Shown here: positions 25,364-38,379 of the stretch, one piece after another
Layout of the letters: each line of letters opens with the position of its first letter
Numbering within the stretch: the stretch's first letter is position 1
Source: Spirogloea muscicola
Taxonomy: Eukaryota
Assembly: GCA_009602725.1 (NCBI GenBank)
Contig: WELB01000026.1
Location: 557,580-621,579, forward strand
Direction: 5' to 3'
DNA: 64,000 bases
Translations under genes and position numbers: made by a program
The notes under the pieces: model-generated
Told to the model about the DNA's origin: nothing
The model's database searches: none
The model's input: only the letters and a program-made list of their open reading frames with translations

Positions 25364-28200
25364 TTACACTTCCAAAACCCAACCCATGTGGTCCTGGGAC
25401 TTGCCAAGCTGCAAGTCCGTGAGCGCCGTGTACAGCTCTTGGGAGATGGGACCAACACCTCCACCGCCGTAATGCACACTGCCAAGAAACATATATTCCA
25501 ACAAGTGAGCAGCATCATGAGCAGGCAACATGTTGATCTGCACTTTGCAAAAGCTTCATCATGTGCTAAATTACAAGGTGGCTACAAAGTCAAAGACAAA
25601 ACCTGAGCATTGCATAGCCCTTGACTTGTGGCATTACTTACACATCGTCTTTAAAGCTGACGCTGCCAACGGGGGATACAACCACAGCAGTGCCCGTGCA
25701 GAAGACCTCATCAGCCGCCAGCAGCTCGTCAACTGCTATTGGCTTCTCTGCAACCTGTTGCATGTTCACAATCCAAATGACTTGGTCAGGGAGGTACTAT
25801 GCACTACTGGATCTCCGAAGGTAGTGTCACTTTCTGGCTCTTGATCAAGCAGGGTAGCTGAAGGTGCTATGAATGCAGCTGTTGACAGGCCAACACTGGC
25901 CAGCTTGCCAGTTGTGCACCTTGTAGCCGCGGCTGCTGGCGAGCTCCAGAATGCTTTTCCTCGTGATGCCAGGCAGTATCGTGCCTTTCACTAGGTCAGG
26001 CGTGGCAACCTCCCCATCCTGCCAGATGTCAAACTGGTGTTATGGAGCTTCTTCCAACCCCACCTCCTTGAGGCTTGCCACTGTCAGTGACGTAAGGCAA
26101 CTCTGCATGACTGAGGACTCTCACATTGGTCCTACTAGAGACCCAGACCCTAACACCCTTTGTGCACGGTGGTTGACACTGTAAGGGTAATGTACAGTCA
26201 CTCTAGCTACTTGGAAGCTTTCAAGGTAGTCCTACAATGGACTCTGGTCCTAACAATTTTTAATGAGTATTAGAGCGGTAATCCTCATCACATATTGATC
26301 AGACTGACTTGGTAGTACCTTCACAACGAAGATGTTGCAAGAAGAGACCTCCTCAATGTACCTATTCTCCACAACATCCAGGTAGACCACATCTGAAAAG
26401 CCCTTGGCCTTGGCCTCCAGCTGGGTCCTCAGGACCTGGCAGAGTGACCAGCAACTGTCTCAGTCCAGTCTGACCTCATGCAAAACTTGCTCTGCTTCAA
26501 TGAGGGCTGCCACTTGGGCTACAGCACCACGCTCAAGCTAAGAACGACTCAACTGGAGCGTAATTGCCGATAGTCTTGGCGGCGCCGGTGCCGCCGGGCG
26601 CTGCCCGGTGGTATGTCTCCTCCACCTTGAGGACGATCGGTGTCAGGCTCCCACCCTATGATGCCATCCACACACAGACTGCCTCAGCACCCAAAGAAAC
26701 GATGACATATTCACAACAGCAACAGGAGCAGCAGCCTCACTACTTCCCGCCAATGTGCTTAGGGGAAGAGGCTGGTGAGAAGAGCACTAGGGGCTGAGCT
26801 CACACAGCATTGTCAATTGAGGCTCACCCGAAAGTAATTGCCTACAGGGGAGCAGTACACGAGGAAGGTGTACTCGGGCGCGGGTCCAAGGCCCAAGATG
26901 GGACCACTCCCAATCAACAGCGGCCGCACATACAGTGAGCCCTTGCCCGGCGGCGGTACCTACACCGCTTCCCAAGCAATGTCAGTGTCTGGGCAATCGT
27001 TGAAGTGGTCAAGTTGGTCCGCTTTTCGCCAGCCTCCTCAAATATGCAACCTAGCACTACGATCAAGCAGTTGAGCATAGCAGCTGAGAAAGATGGCCGT
27101 CCATTAAGGGCCAGTCTGTCCCACCCATCGCTCGTTGGCGCGAATAGTTTGCCTGACAGCCTCCACAAAGGCGTCCACGGATGGTGCAGGCATGCTCATG
27201 CGGTCGGCACTTGCAATCATGCGCTCCGCGTTCTGGTTGGGCCGAAACGTGAGCAACCGCCCGTCGGCCGCACGGTACGCCTTGAGACCCTCGAAAACGC
27301 CCTGCAGCCAGACGAAGAAAACATGATCGCTCTTCATCACCACTGCCACTATAGTGGCTTCATGGACAGAAGAAGGCCAGTGGCAGCAGGAGAGAGAGAG
27401 AGGGTGTCAGGAGGAGAAGAGCGCCGCCAGTCTCGAGCAGCTGCCGCACCTGACCATAATTGAGCACGCCGGCGGACGGGCTGAGCTCCAGGTTGCCAAA
27501 GGGCAGTAGCCGGCCGGGCTGCCACTCACCGCCGCGCTCGCACGTCATCGAGAACATGGCGTCCGTGGCGATCAGACCAAACTCAATGTGATCCCAGTCG
27601 ATGCTCGCCAGCGGCGTCACGCTGTCCGCCTGGTCGCTGCAGTAGCGACACCAGCAGATGACGGCCTGAAGCTACCACTCAGAAGTAAAGTACACTAAGT
27701 GACCAACATGAAAGCAAACCAGTAGAATGCTTGCCAAAAACGTGACGAAAAGCGGCGTACCTCTGAGGAGCCGCCACGGCGGCCTCGACGGCAGCCACTG
27801 GCCGCCTCCGGGGAGCCTCATGGACCTGACAAGCGCAACCCTTGGCAGTTTTGGGGCTCCCGCTGCGATGACCACAGGCAGCAGCAGCAGAGGTACAACC
27901 GACAGCGGTGGCGACGGCTACGACCGGACTTGCTTAACGGCAGGGCGGCCGACAGCGAACGGCGGCGGCTTTCGCCTCGGAGGCGCCATTCACCTGTGCA
28001 GGGCTTCGAAGGCTTCCGGCGGAGGAGGGCGACGAGCCTCGAAGCGGGCCGGGCGCAGCGCGCGGCGCCCGCAGGCGGCGTGGCGCGAGCCTGGCGGGCC
28101 CGTCGCCGTCGCGCGGGTGATCGGCAAGCCAGGCCTCCGAGGCGACGGCGGCGGCGGCGGCGGCGACTGCGGCGGCGGCGGCGGCGGGGGGGACGCAAGC
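25364..28200 (-). CDS. BCAT: Branched-chain amino acid aminotransferase with organellar transit peptide
   Basis: [23 protein letters not shown] / [24 protein letters not shown] / [14 protein letters not shown] / [17 protein letters not shown] / [11 protein letters not shown] / [10 protein letters not shown] / EVFCTGTA / [20 protein letters not shown] at 25364. The start is uncertain. Confidence 0.93.
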
Positions 28201-28461
28201 AGGCCTAGTCTGCGGGGAAATAATCAGGAATATGACAGAATTGCCAGGCCGGCAGAGACCGCCGGGGGAGAGCAGGCTGGAAGAGCCCTTCTTCGAAGCG
28301 CAGCCACGGCGGGTAGGGGTTTCCGAGGGGTTCAGGATTTGGTGGCGTGACGCAGGGGTCATCCAGTGTCGGGGACGAGAGGCGCATGAGACGCGAGGGA
28401 CAGGCCAAAGCAAGCCGATGCACAGTGCAGGCAGAAAGCTACGGGGGACGAACAGCGGGCG

Positions 28462-28800
28462 ATAGGGCGAGGGCTGTGAAAGACGAGTGCTTCTTCCAGT
28501 GGTGGGAGAAGAGGCTAGCCCCGAGTGTGGACGAGGTCAGGGTGGGGAAGCACTGCTACAGACTGAACGAGGGGCTGCTCATGCGAGTGGCAGCTGTGAA
28601 AGCCAGCCTGGTGCATAAATAACAACTTCTGGCGTGCAATGACACCAAACGGCCTCCTAGTTCCTCCGAGCATTTATGCACTTGTGGACCAGAAACTATT
28701 GAGCGTCCATTCACAGAAATCACAGAAGAGTAGTCTCGCTGCCCGCCTTCTCGGACCTTATCCATCCTGTTTCGCTGGCCTCTCACAGCCACCGCCTTCC
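28462..28800. mobile_element. Small degenerate retroelement 3'-end modules upstream of BCAT
   Basis: gggcgagggctgtgaaag (~28465), gctgtgaaagccagcc (~28593), and cggaccttatccatcctgtttcgctggcctctcacagcc (~28751-28790). Confidence 0.55.
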
Positions 28801-29187
28801 GTCGCAAGTGCTGCCTCTGCTGTCATGTGTACTACGCAGAGCCGCAGCTGGGCAACAGGGCCCTCTCTACAATCCCGTGTCAGCAGAAGGAAGTCAGATG
28901 AGCTGCAGAGGGGAGAGGAACCCCGCTGTTCAAGACAGGCTGCATCAAGTGCGCAACCGGCACGGGGGTGCAAGGCCAGCAATTGGGACCGCTGGCGGGA
29001 CATGGAGATACGCCTACAGTAGCAAGACACAAGACCCAGAGGCACGGAGCCTCCAGGCAGTGCTGCACCCTGCTCGCCGAGCCGGTGGTCAGCTTGAGAG
29101 GCCATGCAGCGCCAAAGGAAGCGATGGCTGTGGACAAGGGGTTGCCTCCCCCCACCCGCGGCAACTGAGGCGCTTGAGCGCAGCCTT

Positions 29188-32069
29188 TCACGTCGCCGCG
29201 CTGCTGAAGCCGTCCACGGGCGCTGCTGTGGGCCAGGCGCTCGGAATTATGCACTCAATCAAGGCTACTTTGCTTCGCAGTGACTGCGACACGGAGGCGG
29301 GATCGAGAGCCATGACTGTCGGGCATCTTGCCCGCCTAGTACTCCTCCCACCAGCTGCCAAAGGTGGCAGCAGGCGATGGAACATCTGCCTCGGCCCCTA
29401 ACGCCACTGGGAGAAGCCACTCCAGCGACTCCACGCCGCCATTGCCTTTCTGGGGCATGTTGTCGCTCTCCTTGTCGTTATCTTCATCAGATGTCTCCAC
29501 TTCCGCTCTTTGCTCCGACGCGGCTCGCTGCCAAGGCTCTCCGCGTACCCGGAAGTACCGGCCCAAGCAGCCATTGACCACCCTCGCAGCAGCCGGATCG
29601 CAGTACAGCTTTGACAGCTCCACAGCCTGTACATTTGATTGCAGCAAGAGGCACATTGCTGTCATGCTACTCAACAGCGTCAAGAGGCAGAGGCACATGA
29701 CTGACTTGGTAAGATAATGGGAGAGACATTGGGGTCCTTAAGCACCAACTGCATACCTCGCTCATGACCACCCGATAAGGAGTCGGGAGACCCTCCAGCT
29801 CGGCCAGGGCTAGGTGGAGGATGCACCTTGGCAGCAGTGCCTCCACCTCTGCCCCCTGCCGGAGAACAATGACGTGCATATAATTACCAGAAGACAATAG
29901 AGGCTTCATCTTCGACTTGGACTGCCTTGTAGCTACGAGAGCAGAAGATTGCAAGGTGGGCAGCCATTGAGACATACCTTCCATCGGTGCGGCACAAGCT
30001 GGTTGATGATGCTGGCATGTGCTGACCACTTGACTGCCGCTGCCTCCACAAGTGAGCCGCAGAAGCTGAGTGGCAAACCACAAGCATCAGTGAAGAGTAT
30101 CCACCTGAGTAGCCGCAGATAGGAGACTTGCATCCACTGTGTGAATGCAGGTCTGGCAGAGGTACCTCAGCACGAAGTCGTTGAACACTGCAGTGAGGGG
30201 CACAGCCAGCTCCACTAGCTCCATGGACCATCCTGGACGATGTCGAGCAACATCAGGAATGCTGCTAGATCCAACACAGACTCAGAGAGGGCACAATAGA
30301 GTGGACACAGAGATTGTCAAGCTTTATCATACCTGCAGGAGTCTCCATGACATTTCCATCAGTATGCAGCTTGTGCGTGGAGCTTGTGCTTTCCGACTTG
30401 ACGACAACAGGTTGCACCACAAGATCCCTGAATGCTCTCCGGTCGAGAGTGCCTGAGCAAAACCAGAGGAGAGAGGTACTTTAGTAGAAGTGTTACATTT
30501 GGGCTTTAACACAACCGACACCCTACTCCCCATACAACCAATTGAGGCAGGAGCTTGGCATACCCCGGCCCAGGGATGCAAATGCAAGTCAGGCTAAGAG
30601 TGCACAGTGAGGAGGAAGGGGGACAAGCGCCGGGACAAGCACAGCTGCAAGTCGGATTGGAGTGGCACTACTTCATATCGAGATTCTTCCTAGTCATGGA
30701 GCACAGCAGTCACGACTGCGCTGTGGCGGGGAGATGAATGTCCGGCCCCAATGGAGCCATGCGGCAACCACGCAAGATGCCGCTTGGCAACGAGAGGCCG
30801 GTGGGAGAGCAGCGAAACGGCAGCCCGACGCCAGGACGGCAGCGGGCAGCCGCCCCGCGGTCGCTCTCCCGTGTCCCTCTCCCTGGGATGTAACGAACGA
30901 ACGCCACAGGCGCAGCCAGAAGCCGCAAGGCCGGCCGTCCTGACCATCCCAGAACAAGCTCTAATCGTGGACCTTGACACTTAAGTCCAAGTCTGAAGCC
31001 CTGAGCAAAATGGCTAGGACTACAGAGCGGCGCAGGGTCGTGTGTACCTCTGTCAGCTGCCAGCCTCGCATTTGAGACTTGCAGGGGATCCCTGTCTAAA
31101 TTGGCGGCGGAGAACACCATAGACCTGGGCATGGCCAAGCACAAGGGAGAATGGACCTGGTGGGCAAGGCATTCTGTGACGATGACTCAGAGTGATAAGG
31201 CAAGAACATAGGTCATTTCATCAGTACTAATTACTTTTAATCTAAGAGATGACATTGCAATGTCAATATATAAGCAGCAACACTTACAGCGCAAGCTCAC
31301 GTGCCGCCCGCTTGGTCCGCAGCCGCCCGCTCCAGTCAAGCTTTGGCTCTCCACCATGGCTTTCGTGCACTGCTGCTGGCACAGCAGATGCTTCCTTGCC
31401 AAGTGGCTCATCACTCACGGCCCTGCGCGTGTTTGGCTGGCTTCGATGGCCGACCAGGAGCGACACTGCAGCTCCGTCTATGGCATGCCCGTCTTCACCG
31501 ACTCCGTCCAGCTCTGGGGGCAGCGCCGCTGCCGGTAGCGCGGCCTTGCTCCTCTGGCGCTGGCCGCCATTGTCGACGCCCTCGCGGCATCCAGCATGTG
31601 GCAGCAAAGCAGAAGCCTCAATCGGCCGTTCGCCCATCCCTGAGTTTGTTCGGCCGTCGGCCATCACTGACTCGTCTTCGAGCTCAACGGCGCTGCAAGG
31701 CATGCCGTCTCTGTCCTCCACCGGCAGCTCGTCGTCAAGTCCACCGTCGGCCGCATCCCGACTTCCAACTCTCGCTGGCCCACTGTGGTCATCGCCGGCT
31801 GCCTCTGGGCGCACGTCCACTGGCGGCGCGTCCGCTGGAGTGTGGCGGCGGCTGCCGCCCAGGTCGAGCAGCCGGAGATCGATGGTGTCCCCCGTCGTCG
31901 CGGCGCCACCTGAGCGGTCCCGCCGCGCGGCTTTCTGCTGCTGCCGGCCTGCCGGTGTCTCGCGCGAAGCTGTGGGCAGAGCCCGTGCGCTTGCCGTTCC
32001 TGCGGAGGCCGCGGCGAGCTCGGACGCCGGCAGAGGAGGCTGTGCCGCGCGGAAACGCGGGACCGCCAT
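29188..32069 (-). CDS. Hypothetical multi-exon protein with a long acidic, low-complexity N-terminus
   Basis: A long GC-rich ORF from ATG 32069, plus protein-like segments bounded by AG/GT (HSGILWCNLLS..SWRLLQ; NYMHVIVLRQGAEVEALLPRCILHLALAEL; VQAVELSKLYCDP). No family recognised; boundaries uncertain. Confidence 0.45.
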
Positions 32070-32654
32070 GGCAGTGCCGCCGCGCCACACTACCCGGCTC
32101 TGCGCACAGAGGCCCAGGGGACCTGACATTGCCGTTGCTCTCCAGGTTGAGCCCTTGCCGTCAAAGTTCCGGCTGGCGCTAGTCGGACGTGCGAGGTCCC
32201 GTCTATCTGCTCGCTGCAACTCGACGACACAGCGCCATTGGCGTCGGCCTGTTGCGGCGGCAGCGGCTGCGGCGGGCGTGGTGGCGGGAGGGCCAAAACT
32301 CTGGGTTTAGGCGCAGGGTGGCGGAGCCAGGCGGGGTCGGGGCGAGACGGAGGAGTGTACCCTGGCGCCGTCTCCCCGAGACGGCGGCGCGGCGCGCGCC
32401 AAGTGGGGCTGGGCCCAAGCGGCCGGCGGCACGCCACCTGCGCGATGCCGTCAGCGCCACCACTAATTGGGACCAGTCCAACGGACCGGCTCGATCGGGC
32501 CCAGACAGCGAGAGCGGGAGGCGCTCACCACCCAGTGAGACACCGGGGGGAAGGCGCGCGGAGCGCAGGAAATGACAGGGTGGCCATCGTCAAGCCAGTA
32601 CCATTGTTCAGTAGTGCAATGAGTGGGGCTACATGAAACGAAGCCCTATGCTAA

Positions 32655-33505
32655 GGAGAAGGGCTCGCCCATTGAGGATAGGGGCTGGAAAAAGCCAGCC
32701 CAGAAAAGAATGAACAAAGGACGAGAAGGGGCTAAGGTGGCTAAGGTCACAGTGTGACGTGAGTACCAACGGGTGAGCACACACAAACCCGACAAGCTAA
32801 CTGATGGGGGGAGCCTTGGTTCATTCTTTCAACTGGGCTGGCCACTCACAGCCATCGCCCTCCCCTGGAAGAAGTGACTCTCCCAATGGGGGCAAGGGCT
32901 GTGAGAAGCCAGCTCGAAAAGAATTGACAAGGTTCGAAGGGGCCAAACTACGAGCTAAGCAGCGACTGCGGGGCCTGAAGAGGCTATGGCAGAACGGGGG
33001 AGGATGGACCACTTAGTAGTGACGAGTGAGGAGCAGCAGCAGTGTAAGGCAGTGCTTGTGGGAGGCCAGCCCAAAGGAGTATGCGGAAGAGTCCTCCTTT
33101 GCGGCATGACATTGCCCATTCTTTTCTGGGCTGGCATTGCTAGCCCCTCCTCTCTATTTTGGGCCACTCCAGCATTCCACAGGCCTTAATTGCATATTAT
33201 AGAATGCGGCTCTCGCTTTGTTTGCTGTGCTCGCAAGCATTGGCTCTTCATCAACGTGCAGGGCGCGCTCTAAGTCAGGCCTCCGGCTTTCGTGGCGGCG
33301 CTCCAGCTCCCCAAGTTAGCTTGTCCGATTTGTTTGTGCTCTCCCGTGGGTACTAATGTCACCTTAGGCACCTTAGTTTAGGTCTCTGTATTATGTAGCC
33401 TTGTTTAGTTTGCACTCGCCTCTGCTTGAACTGTGTATTGGCTTGAATTGGCCTCCCTTTTCATTTTCATTTCATGCGCCCCGCGCTCCTTTCTCTCTTT
33501 CTCTC
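32655..33505. mobile_element. Island of retroelement 3' ends between two divergent gene starts
   Basis: Copies at 32655-32805(-), 32815-32875(+), 32868-33045(-, LLLLTRHY*), 33110-33155(+) and 33180-33505(+, YRMRLSLCL..ALALHQRAGRALSQASGFRGG..VSLSDLFVLSRGY* plus a type-A UTR). Confidence 0.85.
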
Positions 33506-33601
33506 TGTGGGCGAGCACGTTGGTCTTTGCGACCCGGTCTCCCTGAAGCTCAATCAGGCCGGGCGGCGGCCCAGCACCCCGCCGCCGCCGCCGACATCGC
33601 C

Positions 33602-35157
33602 ATGATGCGCGCCGCGGGCGCCAGGATCGGCGCGCGCCTGCGACGCGCCGCGNCGTCGGCGGCCAGCGCAGAGGAGGCGGCGGCGGCGATCACGCCGCCG
33701 GGGGCCCGCTGTCCCCCGCCTGGAAGCACGCGCCGCGAGGCCTCGCCACTGCTTCTGCCAGCGCGCAGAGTCAGCCTCCTCCGGCTTCACCTTACGTCGT
33801 TAGCCGAGCTGCGGCGGAGCTCGAGCGGCTCGGGATGCTCATCGTTGCCTCAGCAGGCCTGCAGCCCATTGCAATCGCTTCGATCTGACCTGGTCGGCAG
33901 CACAGCGCTGTGCAGGCACGGAGCTGACGGAGAAGTTTGAGCACGCCACCGGGCTCGAGAGGGAAGAGCTGGAGGCCGAACTAGAGGTATGCAGCCCACT
34001 GATATGTCGATGGGCCCACTGAGAAGTCAATGATGCACAAACTGATCACAGCTTCTAAGACTGTTCGCACTGCAAAGCAATTTCAAAATACAAACTGACC
34101 ACAGCTTCTAAGACTGTTCGCACTGCAAAGCAATTTCAAAACTTCACTGTTATCGTTAAGTTTGCATTAAGTATGTGACAGCGTGTGTTCTGCTTGCGGC
34201 CCAGGGCACCTCGCGCTTCGAAACAACCCCACCCAGGGGGCCCTTTGGCACAGAGGTGTCCCTCAAGCCCTTTGCTTTGCCTTGACGTGAACAGCACTTG
34301 TCTGTCAAGTAACCCACGAATGTGGTCATGAGCAAGTGCAGTATGCCCTCTCAACAGCATCTATAGTAATGCATTATCAAGACTGCTTGTTGGATTGAAA
34401 GTGGATCTACTATGTACATCACAGGATGCTCCTGCCCACATTGAATCACAATACGATGAGCGAATAGTGGGCTGCTCGGGTGGCATTGCTGGTATGTGTG
34501 CACCTGTCGTAAAATGAACTCCTATAAAGCATGCATAAAATGTCCACAAAAGTAGAGCTCGGTGACTTGTATGGTGCTGGCTCCTGTTTACCCAAGCTTC
34601 GAAAAGCAAAGCCTTCGACACTGTGACCTTATCATCAGTCCACCTCAAGATAACCGAGCACACTCCTCTGTGCATGTTGCATTTTTTACTTGACAGCGTG
34701 CAATTGCAATGCTTGATGAATGCACGCTCCTCCAGCAGATGATGAACACGATGTAATATGGTTTCACTTGAAAAAGGGAGTCCGCCACGAATGCCCTGTG
34801 TGCACTCAGATCTTTGAGGTTTGTACTCACAATCCACTTGTTCGCTTACTTCACTCATACATTGCCTTTGTGGTCGATCTGTTGATCTGACGACGTTAGA
34901 GAAAGGTGTTTGCAATAGAAAATGACATTTTCCCGTGAGAAAGCTTGGAAATGTTGTTGGAGCAAGAGATGCTTAGTGGATTAGGCAGCAGAGTGCGATC
35001 CTGCACAGGATTGATTGCGCGCTGTTCCTTACCTAAGGTAACCCACTGTTTATATAGGCACCAACAATGCTGGGCTGCACTGTTTTTTGAAGGGTTGCTT
35101 GTCATGCTGCAGCTCAGAGTTGTGGGAGAAGGGGGCCAACCAGGGGCTCACCACTGA
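33602..35157 (+). CDS. COX5B: Cytochrome c oxidase subunit 5b
   Basis: HATGLEREELEAELE / GPFGTE / DAPAHIESQYDERIVGCSGG / DDEHDVIWFHLKKGVRHECPVCTQIFE / LRVVGEGGQPGAHH*, with an Arg/Ala-rich presequence. Confidence 0.92.
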
Positions 35158-36409
35158 GAACCGCCAGCACCATGCCGAGCTAACACATTTGTGTTCTATA
35201 CTTCTGAGTTGCACTAAACACAAACCAGCTATAATGTAGGGGGTCTGTTGTTCAACTGCACGCAGAGCGTCTCACGATCGAGGAAGCATGTTGTCAAGCT
35301 CCACCAGTGTGTTCCCCTAGATACCTCTGCCTCAAGCAGAGGTAACTGGTATCCTGCATCGTTTCCATTTTCATCTCTGCGCACACCTGCATTTACCTAT
35401 AAGAAGCGTGGTCTGAAGCATCGGAGATACTGGAGGGACGACAGATGGAGATGAGAGACTCCCTTCAATGTCTTTACCTCTGTTTAAACCAATGGAAACC
35501 CAATGGAATCCAGATTCTGCTGACCGTCTAGAAACTTACTTCTTAAGCCTAGACAATGGCAAGCCATCAGCACGAATGAGTGGAAAGCATACTGTCTGAT
35601 GCATTGGCCGCATAGCGAGCGTGAGTGTTATAGAGTATCGAAGTCATAGATGCAAACTTAGTGGCACACAAGCTCATGTGGAATTGCTTTTTACACCTTG
35701 AAGCTGATTGTCACATGCTGCTGTGGTCTTGGCACACGCTGCTGTGGTCAATGTTGTTAGCGGGTCATGGCTGAATGTTACCACAAACTATTATGTTCAG
35801 TTGAGGAGCTGCCATGTCTGGGCTTCCACTTGAATGAGGAAAAAAGGCGGGCATACATCATAAGCGCACAGGATTGTCTCGCAGTATGCTAGAAAGGTAA
35901 ACATCGAAAGCAACTCCATTAAGTGGCACTCAGAGCCTGAGCAGATCAAAGCTCGACGAGTTGGGGCCTGTACACTATAGTACGGAATGCACCACCCAAC
36001 CATGTCTGCGTTTTGCAAGACCTAAGTTTGAGCTCTTAACTGGAGGTCTGCAGGGAAGCACCTCGGCCCTCCAACAAGTAGAGCACCCACCCTGCCCAGC
36101 AGAGAACAGTAACGAGAGCAATTTCCTGCCCAAGGACTATCGTGGTAAGGCACACGTGCTGTGTCGATAGCACCAGTTTGCTGTGTCATTTCAACAGGGC
36201 AACACTGGCAAGGAATGTTCCTGAAAGCGGCGCTTGTTGATAGCGAACCCAGAGGTTTGGGAGGTAGCAATTTGTGCCTCACAGCAGTCTTGCAGTTGTT
36301 GACCAGGTAGGCTTAAGTGGCTCTTATCAGAAGCCAAGTAGCCAACTATTCAACTGAGTAAGTGGAAGTTTTCGTGTTGGGCTATCTTCTCGGTGATTCT
36401 TGTGGAATC

Positions 36410-37550
36410 GATGGGCTGGCTTTGCCCGGCCACCGCTTCCTTCTGGGTGGGTAACGGGTATTCTTGACAGAGAGCTTTGCCAAATGGGAGCGATGGCTAT
36501 GACAGGCCAACCCAGAGTATTAAGAATGAGAAGCAAGCTCTCCAAGGGGGTCATGGGCTGTGAAAAGGGAAGTGGCACTCCCAATGGGGGTAAGGGCTGT
36601 GAGAAGCCAGCCCGAAAAGAATTGACAAGGTTCAAAGGGGCCAAACTACGAAGGGGCCAGAAGCGCTGTCTCAGAACTGGTGTAGGATGAATTACTCAAT
36701 AAAGAATGTACAAGACGAAGTAGGTATTTGCTCAGTGCCCATAAAATGAAAGGGTGGTCAATGGAGGCCAATACACTGTCCAAGCAAAAGCTAGAGCTTT
36801 ACAATTTGAAGCACTATGGCTAAGGTAACAGTGTGACGTCAGTACCCACGGGTGAGCACATGCGAATTCTACATGCTTACTTGGGGAGCCGGAGCGCCGC
36901 CACGGAAGCCAGTGGCCTGACTTCAGAGCCCGCGCCATAGGGCCGGAATGGGCTAAAATCGAAATGCGCTAAAAGTTGGATGTACACGGGGCTCTCGGGT
37001 CCCAGTGGCTCGACCTGCTGGCCAAGCTTGCACGGCGCGCTGTGTCCCGCAGGCGAGGTGAGCCGGCTGACTTCAACGCCGCTGGCTCACGGGCCCAAGT
37101 CTATCGCATGCGGTTGTCAGTCTCCCTTCAGCGGTCCAAGGCACACGCCTTGCATCTGCGTGCTGGCCGGGCTCTCGCTGCAGCCTCTGGCTTTCGCCAG
37201 GGGGATTGGTTTCCGGCAGCTAGTCTGTCGGATTTGAGGCTACTCATTCGTCGCTACTGAGTTCATTCATCCACCCGTTCTGCCATAGCGCTTCAGGCCC
37301 CTCCGTCATTTGGCCCCTTCGAACCTTTGTCAATATTTTTCGGGCTGGCTTTTTCACAACCCTTGCCCCCATTGGGAGAGCAACTTCTTCTTCCTCATTT
37401 TGCACCAGTTTCTGCCTAAGCAATGTATTGGCTTAAATTGGCCTCACTCTCGTTCATCTGCACCGCGCGCGCCTTCTGGTACTTTGAATCTTGTCCATCT
37501 TTTTGGGCTGGCCTTCCCAGCCCCTATACTGTGGGCGAGCAGTTTTTCCT
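36410..37550. mobile_element. Island of retroelement 3' ends upstream of PME, including an RLE C-terminal copy at 36976-37392 (+)
   Basis: DVHGALGSQWLDLL..YRMRLSVSLQRSKAHALHLRAGRALAAASGF..SLSDLRLLIRRY* is a clear homolog of 2691..3194. Opposite-strand copies lie at 36843-36925 (HVLTRGY*) and 36545-36700. Confidence 0.88.
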
Positions 37551-38379
37551 CTCACAAGTTGGGCCTTCCTCGCAGACACTTGCAACCTCTGGTCCGCCTC
37601 AGCCAACGGCCACCGCGGAGGAGCAGCCTCATCCAAACGCGGAAGGAAGAGCTTCGCTTTCTGGATCTTGGGCGGTGCGCCGTCAGCGGTGGCCGACCCC
37701 GCACGGCCCCTCGCGGGGGCCCCCTGCGCTCGCGGGCCCGTCCCGCCACGCGTCGGCCTGGCGGCGTCGCGCTGCCTGCTTCCAGAAGCCCACGTGCTCA
37801 ACGCTGGCGGCAGATCGCGGGCACTTCCGGGACGGGTGTCGTGGAGCACGTGCCGCTCGACAGGCACGTGTTGCTTGCAACTGTACGCCGCCGCGGCGCA
37901 AGCTTTGTGCCGCGTGGCGGGCGGTTGGCGCACGTGCAGCGGACCCGGCGCCACGCGGCGGCTGCCGGGAAGAGAGGCAGGGAGGGAGGCGGGNGGAGGG
38001 GGGGCGGGCCGCCGGCGCGCGAGGCCGGTGACGTCAAGGCCCCGCGGCCGCCGGCGCGCGCCAGATCAGCCGTCCGGGCCGGGGGGATGTTTTGTCGGCC
38101 CCCCGACGGTTTCCAGAGTTGACCCGGGACTGGCGGCGGGCGGTTTCCTCTGCCGGCGCCGTCGGCGGGCCGCTCCTTGCGCCTTTCGTGTCCGCCGCTC
38201 CGGCCGTCCCATCGGCCCCTTCTGATTTCTGCCGTTCCAGCCGTCACATCAGTGGGGGGGAGCCGCGGCCCGACGCCCCACCATTCCCCCCTCCATGCCC
38301 GGAACGACTTCCCGCGGAAACACACGCCCCGCCCAACTAGAACTGCGGAGCCTCCGCCACCTTCAGGCCGCCGCCCGCC

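Noticed and set aside
31249..32310. 353-aa plus-strand ORF and similar long overlapping ORFs in GC-rich first exons
   Set aside because: Antisense shadows of GC-rich coding or promoter DNA with few stop codons; no motifs.
34038..34141. Intronic ~53-bp tandem duplication (similar ones at ~8762-8802 and ~59574-59660)
   Set aside because: Ordinary local slippage duplications with no evidence of function.
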